Shown: in pieces, positions 35,001 to 43,594 of the stretch
How the letters are laid out: every line of letters starts with the position of its first letter
How positions within the stretch are numbered: the first letter of the stretch is position 1
Source: Craspedostauros australis
Taxonomy: Eukaryota
Assembly (NCBI GenBank): GCA_030167865.1
Contig: JALAGF010001768.1
Location: 1 to 43,594, forward strand
Length of the DNA: 43,594 nt
Reading direction: 5' to 3'
Translations under genes and position numbers: made by a program
Notes under the pieces: model-generated
Databases searched by the model: none
What the model was told of the DNA's origin: nothing
What the model saw: the letters and a program-made list of their open reading frames with translations, nothing else

Positions 35001-35633
35001 GGTGACGATGATGGGGTACTTGCCAGTGACGAAGCGCTGGCGGTCGATGTTCCTGCTGAGCATGCTCTGATAATACCTGGAAAGGCCCTGCGTGGACGAG
35101 GCCAGCGAAGCTCGCAGCGTCGTTGATGATTGAGACCGCCAGCACGGCTGGGCATCAATATGCACCCCGACAAAGCATGTGTTGCGCAACCGCGCGTGAG
35201 AGGTAGCTGGTGGAAGCGTGAATGCCGCTGCTGTTGGCAACACCAACAAGAGGCTCATTGGTAGTAGCTGTATCGATGGCATTGACGTAGATACTGACGT
35301 AGATGATATCGAGGATGCCAAGACTAGCAACGTGGCCAGCCACCAACTGAGCGATTGCGATGATGGGTGGTGTCTGCGTTGCCGTTGGTGATGATCCATC
35401 TGGCCGCGGTTGCGAGTGTTGGTTGCATCTGTTCGGCCATCACGATCACCATCTGCTCCCATGTCTTCCAGATTGTCTGCAACATTGTCTTCCACATTGA
35501 TGGAGCTGGTTGGAAACCTCCTTGCTTGCACAGCAGCCGATGATGCTGTGAAAGGCGACGCCATCCCTGGCCGTCTGCGTTTGAATGAACCGGCTGGTCT
35601 CCTTCCATCGCACATGCTGTCGCAGCTATGCAT
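32044..35633 (-). CDS. FG-GAP/VCBS-like beta-propeller protein with probable bipartite plastid-targeting presequence. Exons 35633-33910, 33695-33426 and 33085-32044 (up to 1011 aa).
   Basis: Introns 33909-33696 (GTACGT...CGCAG) and 33425-33086 (GTGAGC...CACAG), both phase 2, join WFYH-R-AVWVDLTGDGRQSILTAR and PWKE-R-VLAVGPDV in frame. FG-GAP-like loops DLTGDG, DMDPSDG and ADLD. Start codon uncertain (35633, 35399, 35282 or 35258). Confidence 0.8.
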
Positions 35634-36359
35634 GGCCGATGGAACCTCTTGCTGATTGGATTGGAGATCCGTTGATCATCAACTGCCAATGACTTTGCTC
35701 GGACCTTGTCTCTCGTTTTGTGCTCTGTTGTCTCTGGCCTCTCTGTGAGCTGTTGACACCCACCTCTTCCACTGATCTGCGAAATGATGTGATTTGAAGT
35801 GAGGTGCAGTTGCAGGAAAGGAGAATGAAGTGTGGTTGGTCTCTTCTTGCTCACCCTTCTTGCTCACCCTTCTTGCTTCAACCACAAACCAGCAACCATG
35901 CGGAAAATGAAATGCCAACAACCATGTTTTCTCTGCGATGGCGTCAGTGTTCGTCGGCATCAACAGAACTTCCGCTTTGATTCTTGTTGACACACGCTCT
36001 TGAACCGCATCTGGTGGTCCACGCCAGCCAATCAGATTTCATGTTGTTCGCATGAGTCGTATCCACGAATTGGGATTGAGGGACAAGAACAGCGCAAATT
36101 CGTGTCGGAGAGATGATGTCTCGTGAGGGAGAGGTTCGAATGCGCCGTTCTTCGTTGCATGAAGCAATGGTCGGTCCGACCCATTCCAGCCTATCTCCTG
36201 CCTCAGATCCCATCCCATTGCCGAGTGCTCTATTCGCTGATCGTGTGCATTGGCAAGTCCGCTGCGAGGAGTTCGTACTGAACCATGATATTGTACATTT
36301 ACAGCTACATCTACATGCACATCTTCATCCAAACCGACGGCTTCCCTGTGGGCGCCTCC

Positions 36360-38347
36360 TCATTCCTGTCCGGATTCGTTCGTCGAGTCCATGTCGGGCA
36401 TGGACGCCGTCGATGTCTGCGATGTATTGCGCCGTACGACGGTCCCCAGCGCATTCACAGATCTGGGGCAGTTTGTCCTTTCATCCTCGACCACCGGGTC
36501 CAATGAACTGCCGTGCTGCGATGGCGTTAACGTGCTCGATTGAGTATGCGGCAGCGTGGAGTCGGGCTGCGCGCTGTCGTCTGCGACTGTGGCGCCATTG
36601 CCGTCGCCGTCAACTTGCATGTTTTGAGAGCTCGGAGTGGTTCCCTGCGACTGCGATGTGTCGTCTCCTTCCGATCCCTCCTCAATATCGGATATCCTCA
36701 TTTCGGCTTTCCTGAATCTGCCGCTGCTGGCCAACGATCCGGCAGAAAACATGTGCTGCTCTTGCTGGTGCCCCAGTTTTTGTTGTGGCGACGCGTCGCC
36801 GTCATCCACGCCCTTGTGACTGTTGGAGCGCAGCTGTCCATCCCGGTCGTCCATCTCCAAATCAGCGGCGATCAGATCATCCATGTCGCTCTGGTGCATG
36901 CCCAGCACCGGCGCCGATCCGCGGCCGTACTGCCGTATCATCGACGCGCGATGGAATCGCTTGGTCTTTTGCACTCCGTACAGCGCGGCCCATGATTCGC
37001 GGCGAGATACGGCCCGTCCGCTGCCCGTGCTCTTCAGACTCTGTCGATGCGATGGAGTGTTGTGGATCGACCCGGCCAATGCCATTTCATGGCGAGCGCT
37101 GGGTTCATCCATGACCATCATGGATTCGTCGTCAGCGTACCTGCGGATGTTATCGAAGAGCTCCCGCCGTCCCTTCTGTCGCAGCAGGTCGTAGCGCGGA
37201 CGGAACGCCTGCGGGTTTGTTTCGCTGAGCGGTTGGAAGTCACCCAGAAGCAGCAGCGATCCCAGCGCGAACAATATGAAGACGCAGACATAGCCGGTCC
37301 AATCGCCGATGACCTTGTAATCTTCCCAAATGAGGACGCCGGATATGGCGTTGATGAGCAGCGTGATGCAGGCGTTGATGGGAACGAAGGTGGACTGCTC
37401 CACGACGGTCGATTGCACGACGATGGCACCAGCGTATATGGCTCCCGAGATGATCTTGATGGCGAAGGAGATGACCTGCCATGTGGTGCTCGCCTTGAGG
37501 ATGATGGCGCGGCCCGTCGTGAGGTTGATCGCGAAGGCTGTGCCGCGCACGATGAGCAGGACTGCGTAGATCATCCATCTCTGGCTGAGTTTGTTTTTGA
37601 GGTCGCATCCCGGGATGAGGAAGAGGCTGCCGGCGAGCATGGCGATGACGCAGATGATGAACCAACCCAGGGCGTACGGCTTCATGATGAGGTCCTCAAA
37701 GTTCTGATCCTCCTGCGTGCCTGGACCAACGCGGAGCAGGAGGGCCACCGCGACGACGATGACGTAAGTTCCGATCTGCATCTGCTTCGTGAACATCTCG
37801 ATGCCCAGCACGATCCAGAAGACGACGAGGTTGGCGACTAACTGGGCTGCGAAGAATACGGGCCCGGCTGTTGCCATGAGAGTGTGATTGAGAATGTGTG
37901 TGTGTAAGTGTGGGTGCAAGTGTGGGTGCAAGTGTGGGTGTGTGTGGAGGGTGTGAGAGGACACGTATGCAGATGCGACGCACCGCCATGCAACACATAC
38001 AACACACGCGAGACATGGAGTTATCGCATGCCATTCATTCAACTTGGCTTCAATTGTGTCTCAAGTGCGTAGCCGCACTCCAGCCTCGCATGGTACGACT
38101 ACTCACCGACGGAGATGGGACCGAACCATGTGCTGGTGAGGTTGCCTGCCATTGAAGCCAGGAACTGGAAGAGGAGATTGAGCGCCAACGCAATGCGCAA
38201 GGAGCAATCGGACCATTTGACGCCTTCCTGCGCTGCCTTGGCGGCAGGATATGCCAGCACGGCTGTGCCGAACACCTCCAGGACGCCGCCGAGACCGGCC
38301 AGGACGCTGCAAAGGATGATCGACTCCTTGACTTCGACAAAAGACAT
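36360..38347 (-). CDS. NIPA-family (DMT superfamily) Mg2+ transporter-like protein, 582 aa. Exons 38347-38107 and 37867-36360.
   Basis: Intron 38106-37868 (GTGAGT...AACAG, phase 1) restores WFGPISV-A-GPVFFAAQLVAN. About 9 hydrophobic helices. FVP...NAISGVLIWED matches the NIPA VP...G.I.F.E motif. Long disordered C-terminal tail. Confidence 0.82.
37907..37943. repeat. Intronic 12-bp tandem repeat (AAGTGTGGGTGC)x~3
   Basis: Read directly from the sequence. It accounts for the spurious HPHL repeat in the ORF track. Confidence 0.85.
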
Positions 38348-39751
38348 GGTGATGTCCTAGTCTGCTCCGCACGTGTCTGTGTTGCCGATGTTGGATGGAA
38401 GTGTGGATGGAAGTGCTGTTGCTGCAGGAATAACGTCGACCAACTGCTTCTGTTTGTGTGGATGATGAAATGCACTTTGTGATGTTGTCTCTTGAGATTG
38501 TCCTGGTATCCTTCACGGCGACTCCTATCACTACTGTCACTCCTATCACTCCTCTCAATGCTGGTTGCTTCTTGTGGGGTACAGTGCAATGAAGTGCAGT
38601 GGAGTGCAGTGATGAAAATGGCAACTGGAATTCGTTTGTCGTTCGTTTGCGCTGTCTTCACTTCGTCTCCCAGGGTGATGTTGGCTGCAAGCAACCCCTC
38701 AAGTGATCAAGAGGTATCTGGAGATCGTACAGAGCGGTGACGGAGTGTTTCTCGAGTGTTTGTACTACTAGTAGTATGGCGTCCTTCTCCACTCTGCTCC
38801 ATTCAACCTTGCTCAGCCCAGCGCGGCTCAACTCGAAGGATGATCTGATGTGCTTCGTGAGGAACAGCGCGAATCGGGCTCTGTGGTTGATGTTGATTCT
38901 TGCGATAGCTCGTGCGGCGAGTGGAGATGAACTCTGTGCCAATGGCTCAGGCTGGTGAAGATTGCGAGGATGGTGACATGCGAGTGTTACTTTGTTGTCT
39001 TCTTTGTCTTTGACGTTTTCTTGTTTGGGTCTCGTGTGAGCAACCCTCTCGTGTTCGCCCCCTCTCTTTCTTGGTTGGTTGTGTGTTTTGGTGTGCCCTT
39101 TTGGGCTGCCGATGTTGCCTGTGTCGACATCAATAGTCGTACCAGAGAGAGTGCAGGCGTGGTGGCGGGCGGAGAACATCCAGTGCCCTTTCTTCCCTTC
39201 TGTGTGTTTTGTTCGGTGCAGTTCTTTCTTGTCGCAAACCAAAGGTCAGGTCGTGTTCCGTCATTGAGAACGACACTAAATACTATGCAGTCAACTTTTC
39301 ACATGGGAGACGACCGTGTTCCAGCGTAATTGTGCCCGTCTTGGTGACACTGCCACGACACCGAAAGGACTTCATGACTTCGGCGAAGTGCGCTAAATCC
39401 CTATCACGAATCAGTGGAGTGAGGTGGGCGGCCATTTCTTTCTGTTTTTTTTCGTCCCAAATGGCAGCAACTGTACCACCACGAGGACGCTTGTGCATGT
39501 GTTCAAGATGCTTCGGACTCGTCTCTGCTTCTTCCTTGGAACAACCGAGGCCCCTCATGCGAAATGCATCCAATACAAAGAACAACGCGGAACCAGTGAT
39601 CATGCGTGCCAAGAGACAGAAGACACTGCTCCATGGTCTGGCAACAAGAACCGCCACAACTCTCTCGAACAAGGAGGCAGAGATTACCCAACATGCCCCC
39701 CGACGAGCTACTATGCAGGCACCACAGACACAGCCCACGGATACGAGAGTG

Positions 39752-39776
39752 CTCTCTCTCTCTCTCTCTCTCTCTC
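39752..39776. repeat. (CT)n microsatellite
   Basis: About 12 CT units. A similar (CT)n tract lies at about 26393-26412. Confidence 0.9.
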
Positions 39777-40486
39777 GGCACAAAGCACACCATGCATAGC
39801 TCGTAATAGTACATGCCGCATGCCTGCCATCTCCATCGATCACAGGAACAGATGGGCCTGTGTGTACAGGCGGAGGCGAAAGAACTCCGCAACCACATGC
39901 ATGGAAGAGACCTTCCCTCACCAGTACCTCCGCAAAGTTGCACGAGAAGTTGCGGAAGCTGGTTGGGCGGTTCTCGTTGTCGTGGGCAGGGTTCCAGTGA
40001 CGATGTTCTTGGCGACCTCTCTCTTTTGCCTTCCTGTGTGTTGCGATTTTGCATCATTTCCGGACCCGGAGATATCACAATCCAACAGAAGAAGCACATG
40101 CACCAAATGCTGTAAATTGTACCGCTGACAACTCCGACTCCATTGAAACCAACAATTCTCGACAGTTTGCCACAAACTCGACGCACAACACCGACCATGG
40201 CGCGATGTTCTGCGCCGCTCTTCGATGTCGCGTTTCGCTGGGCGTTCCGCGGAACAAGCAACACGGATGGGACTTTGGAAGTGGTTGTCCAAAGTACATC
40301 CGTACTAATACAACTACAGTAGTTCGTGCATCAGTGAACGATACTCTATTGTGTTGCATTGTGTCACATTGCATTGCAGCAACGAAGAATAGGAACATAG
40401 CAACAGCTGGAGACGTGTGATCTCCTGGTGTTCGTCACATAGGTCGTATCGTGGAAGAAGCATAACGCAACAGAACAGACAGTACC

Positions 40487-41740
40487 ATGGCACCAAAGAA
40501 GTCAGCCCCGAAGATGCCGTCGTTCGATCCGTACGATGCTCTTGGAGTGGAGACATCGGCGACGAACGACCAGATCAAGAAGGCGTACCGCAAGCTGGCA
40601 TTGAAGTACCATCCCGACAAGCAGCGCCACAAGAAGGACAACGACCTCACGCCGCAGCAGGTCGAACAGCGGTTCCATCAGATCAAGGAGGCCCAGGCCT
40701 TCCTCCTCGACGCGGACAATGCGGCCGATCGCAAGGCCTACGACGCGAAGCGCGCCTCCGAGCTGCGCCGCAAGGAGGTGGAGAAGGAACGCGAGGAGAC
40801 CATGAGCCGCAAGCGCAAGGACTTCCGTTCCCAGCTCAAGAAGCGCGAGGCGGAGGCGCAGCAGGTCGCCTCCAAGAGCAGGGCGACCACCACATCGCAG
40901 CTCAAGAAGGAACGTCAGGCGCAGCAGAAGCAGCAGCGCAAGCAGGATGTCTTCGGCCAGGGGGAGAAGCGCAAGTGGAGCGAGTACGCCAAGCAGGAGG
41001 AAGAGGAGCTGGAGAAGCAACGGGCGAAGGATGAGATCAAGCGCGCCAAGCAGGATGAGGAGGATCGCCAGATCAAGCTCAAATGGGACCGGAAGAAGCT
41101 CAAGACGAGTCCGTCGGATGATTCCATCGCGAGGATGCTGTCGGAGTTTGGCATGGTGGAGAGCGTCTCCTTCCTTGGTTCCAAGGGCAACATGGCGCTC
41201 GTCACGTTCGAAAAGGCCTCCAGCTGCAGGCCCTGCGTCGATTATTACGCCAAGCACAAGGAGATGCGAGCCAAGTTTGTAGGGTCGAGGAAGGACCGTG
41301 AGGAGCAGATGGAGGAGGACCAACGTGCTGCGGAGCAGCAGGCATTCGCAGACGAACAGGCGAAGCAACCGAAGAAACCCCAGGCTGACTCCGAAACCCT
41401 CGAAGAGCGAAGAATACGGCAGGCACGGGAAAGAGAAGAGCTCATGAGACAGATGGCGATGGAGGAGGAAGGCGACGAGTATGTGTCCCGCGGAACAGCA
41501 ACGGCAGCAAAAGCAACTTCGTCAACAACACCAACAACAACTGCAGCAGAAGCAGTCGCCAAGCGAAGGGCTGCGACAAGACGGTTGAATCATGTTTGGC
41601 CACTCGACTTTCCAAGGTCGTTCGAATACGCGGACCATGGCACTCCCTTGGAAAAGCTGGAGAAGACAGAACGAGATGTGCTGCAGGGTCTGCTGAGCGC
41701 TGGCGAACTGAAACGCATCCAGATTACCTCGATGTCGTGA
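40487..41740 (+). CDS. DNAJC17: DnaJ homolog subfamily C member 17 / Cwc23-like spliceosomal J-domain + RRM protein, 417 aa
   Basis: N-terminal J domain (DPYDALGV...[16 protein letters not shown]...RKAYD). Coiled coil with [19 protein letters not shown]-like IKLKW...[10 protein letters not shown]...GNMALVTF. This is the DNAJC17 architecture. Confidence 0.88.
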   Translation: MAPKKSAPKMPSFDPYDALGVETSATNDQIKKAYRKLALKYHPDKQRHKKDNDLTPQQVEQRFHQIKEAQAFLLDADNAADRKAYDAKRASELRRKEVEKEREETMSRKRKDFRSQLKKREAEAQQVASKSRATTTSQLKKERQAQQKQQRKQDVFGQGEKRKWSEYAKQEEEELEKQRAKDEIKRAKQDEEDRQIKLKWDRKKLKTSPSDDSIARMLSEFGMVESVSFLGSKGNMALVTFEKASSCRPCVDYYAKHKEMRAKFVGSRKDREEQMEEDQRAAEQQAFADEQAKQPKKPQADSETLEERRIRQAREREELMRQMAMEEEGDEYVSRGTATAAKATSSTTPTTTAAEAVAKRRAATRRLNHVWPLDFPRSFEYADHGTPLEKLEKTERDVLQGLLSAGELKRIQITSMS

Positions 41741-42160
41741 TCCGAGTTGAGCGGCTCGGCGCGTAGCACAGCACAGCACAGCATAACATTGCATCACACT
41801 GAAATAGAGCATGAACAATATGGCTGCGTAGTCTGGAATTGAGTAGTCCGAAGTACATTGGGATGCGATCAGGAAGACGACGGTGTAGAAGCACAAAGCC
41901 GACGCTTCAGCCGCTTGTGCATCGGTTGAAGACACGAGACAAAGAATCAGAAAAAGCTTGCGATGGACACGACCATTTTTATCGTACTCTCTCTCTCTGT
42001 TGCTGGAGAGATTAGGTAGAATACCTGGCGCAGACAGTCACCGTCTCAGAGTAACGCGACCAGGTGCGGAGAACAGAATTGTGTCCCAACGTGTATAAAG
42101 TATTTATAGTATGTAATATGAGATGCGGAGTGCAACAGCATTACTTGGACACGCTGTACA

Positions 42161-42232
42161 GTCTGCATCGTATAGTGGCTAGTACCTCACATTGTGGTTG
42201 TGAAAGGCTGGGTTCGATTCCCAGTGCGGACA
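42161..42232 (+). tRNA. trnH-GUG: tRNA-His (GUG), intronless, 72 nt
   Basis: Acceptor stem GTCTGCA/TGCGGAC. D arm GTAT-AGTGGCTA-GTAC. Anticodon stem TCACA/TGTGA with loop TTGTGGT. T arm CTGGG-TTCGATT-CCCAG. Discriminator A. Confidence 0.93.
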
Positions 42233-42237
42233 TTCTC

Positions 42238-42243
42238 TTTTTT
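42238..42243 (+). terminator. RNA polymerase III oligo-dT terminator of tRNA-His
   Basis: TTTTTT run starting 6 nt after the discriminator base. Confidence 0.75.
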
Positions 42244-42555
42244 AGACCTGTTGACACTCATCACCCTATCGGCGGCCAGAGCTGTGTTGGGCAACTTGGC
42301 GAAAGCATGCACTCCTCGCACACCATCCATCCTACTTCTCCAATTCTTTTTAGAAGTTCGGTTAGGTCTTGAGCAGCAGCAGCGTCAGAAGTACGGGTTT
42401 GGTATCTGCCATCCATCATCAACTATTCTACTACGATCTAAGCTTCGTCGGGATCAAATCATGAACGCGGCCATGCGTCGGAAGTGCGTAGCAAACTCTG
42501 ATGTATTGGCAGGGCCAGTGAATGGTTTGACAACCACGGCTCGCTTTGATCTTTT

Positions 42556-43594
42556 TCATTGATGCAAAGACCAGTCATGAGGATTGGAATTCAATTGGAA
42601 TGCTGTATGTATACAATGTGCGAGAGTCCTGGGGCACCTCCTGCCTTTCTCCCACGTCTTCCATTCATCGACAAACCCCATCAGATCATGCACCTCCTTC
42701 TTCCCACTCGACGAGTCCACAGGTCGCAACAGCGAGGTCACAGTCTTCCAATCAACCGTTACGACGGCCGACTCGCAGTCGTTGATACCGTACGATATCA
42801 GCAGCTTGGATGGGAAGTCAGCGGACTCGCCGCCGCCGTCACTATCAAAGATCGATTCCATTCCGCTGGCAAACTGGATGACGTCCGCGTCCTGCGGAGC
42901 GTGCTGCGATGGGAACACGAACTCCTGCGATAGTCGTCGCAGGGAATAGTGACCATCTGGATCCATGCCAATGGTGAAGAACGAGTGAGTGTAGTGGTGT
43001 CCATGGTTGCCATGGACGCTGTCGCCTTGTACTTTTTCCTCTCGATTGAAATGGCCCATTCCGAAGTACTCGTTCCATCCCGCGATGTGCAACATGACGC
43101 CGGGTGTTCCATGGAAATCTGGCTTTGCGAAGTTGGGCGGGTCATGCATGCGGAAGTCAACCTTTCGCAGAGTAGCGACAGCACCATTGTTTCCGTGACG
43201 ATTTGCCTCCAGTTCGATCATTTTGATAGATGGCTGCGTCAGACGCGGTGGCCGAGGTTGCTGTGGGTCTGCTTCTGCTGCCGCAGCTCCTCCGTCGACC
43301 GTGGATTCCAACGGCGAAGGGGAGACATCTGGGAACACCGAGCTCAAATCAAGCGTCTGCACCCAAATTGGGTCCAACCACTGCAAGAATTGCAATCGTG
43401 ATGGCGACCATGTTGATGGCGCCGATTTCTGATTCCGTGGCTGCTCGAGGACGGGCATGTTTCGACCATACGTCATGCCCATTTGCTCCTTCAACGCAAC
43501 TTTCAGAACCTTCGTCTTCGTTTCTTGTGCTGACGCTTTTCTTAGCAGGTCGCCTGTGCTCTCTGCCACGAAGAATTGCAGCGGAGACATGGAT
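42556..43594 (-). CDS. 3' part of a five-bladed beta-propeller glycosidase/glycosyltransferase-like protein (GH130/GT91/GT108-like fold); 5' end probably outside the window
   Basis: Frame is open to the window edge. Motifs QFLQWLDP, FHGTPG, YFGMGHF, HHYTHSFF, YSLRRLSQEFVF, IQFASGME and LLISYGINDCES resemble the propeller blades of mannoside phosphorylase/beta-mannosyltransferase-like proteins. Confidence 0.6.
   Translation of the reverse strand, partial: SMSPLQFFVAESTGDLLRKASAQETKTKVLKVALKEQMGMTYGRNMPVLEQPRNQKSAPSTWSPSRLQFLQWLDPIWVQTLDLSSVFPDVSPSPLESTVDGGAAAAEADPQQPRPPRLTQPSIKMIELEANRHGNNGAVATLRKVDFRMHDPPNFAKPDFHGTPGVMLHIAGWNEYFGMGHFNREEKVQGDSVHGNHGHHYTHSFFTIGMDPDGHYSLRRLSQEFVFPSQHAPQDADVIQFASGMESIFDSDGGGESADFPSKLLISYGINDCESAVVTVDWKTVTSLLRPVDSSSGKKEVHDLMGFVDEWKTWEKGRRCPRTLAHCIHTAFQLNSNPHDWSLHQ

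Noticed and set aside
37047..37841. 264-aa plus-strand D/E/G-rich ORF
   Set aside because: Antisense shadow of the transporter's TM-coding region.
37868..38042. ORF-track N-terminus MNEWHAIT…HPHLHPHL, resembling a signal peptide plus His-rich metal-binding repeat
   Set aside because: It lies inside the GT-AG intron 38106-37868. The true N-terminus is exon 38347-38107.
40502..41368. 288-aa Leu-rich minus-strand ORF
   Set aside because: Antisense shadow of the Lys/Glu/Gln-rich DnaJ coding sequence.
1..43594. CRISPR arrays, rRNA, spliceosomal snRNAs, TPP riboswitch, intact transposase or reverse transcriptase
   Set aside because: No repeat-spacer periodicity or diagnostic motifs were seen by eye. 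An Rfam/Pfam scan would be needed to exclude them formally.

Overview
Eukaryotic nuclear DNA, most likely from a diatom (stramenopile). This is inferred from GT-AG spliceosomal introns, a bipartite plastid-targeting motif (AAA^F), diatom-type protein families, microsatellite-rich leaders and long intergenic regions. Genes in window order: an unusually long V-ATPase subunit H (2 exons), a TatD nuclease, a weak hypothetical gene, two acidic disordered proteins with a C-terminal TM helix, an N-myristoylated PP2C, a TALE/KN homeobox factor, two paralogues of an uncharacterised family with an RVxF-like motif, a 3-exon FG-GAP/VCBS-like propeller protein, a 2-exon NIPA-type Mg2+ transporter, a DNAJC17/Cwc23-like J protein, tRNA-His(GUG), and the 3' part of a five-bladed-propeller glycosidase/mannosyltransferase-like gene. 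I found no CRISPR array, rRNA, intact transposase or prokaryotic system. The best leads are (i) four abutting stem-loops at 119-270 that hold all four ambiguous bases in the window, (ii) the RVxF-PhiPhi-W paralogues as candidate PP1 regulatory subunits, and (iii) a truncated ORF between them with an FCP/SCP-like DLDxTLVH motif. All family calls come from motif recognition by eye; no database searches were run.
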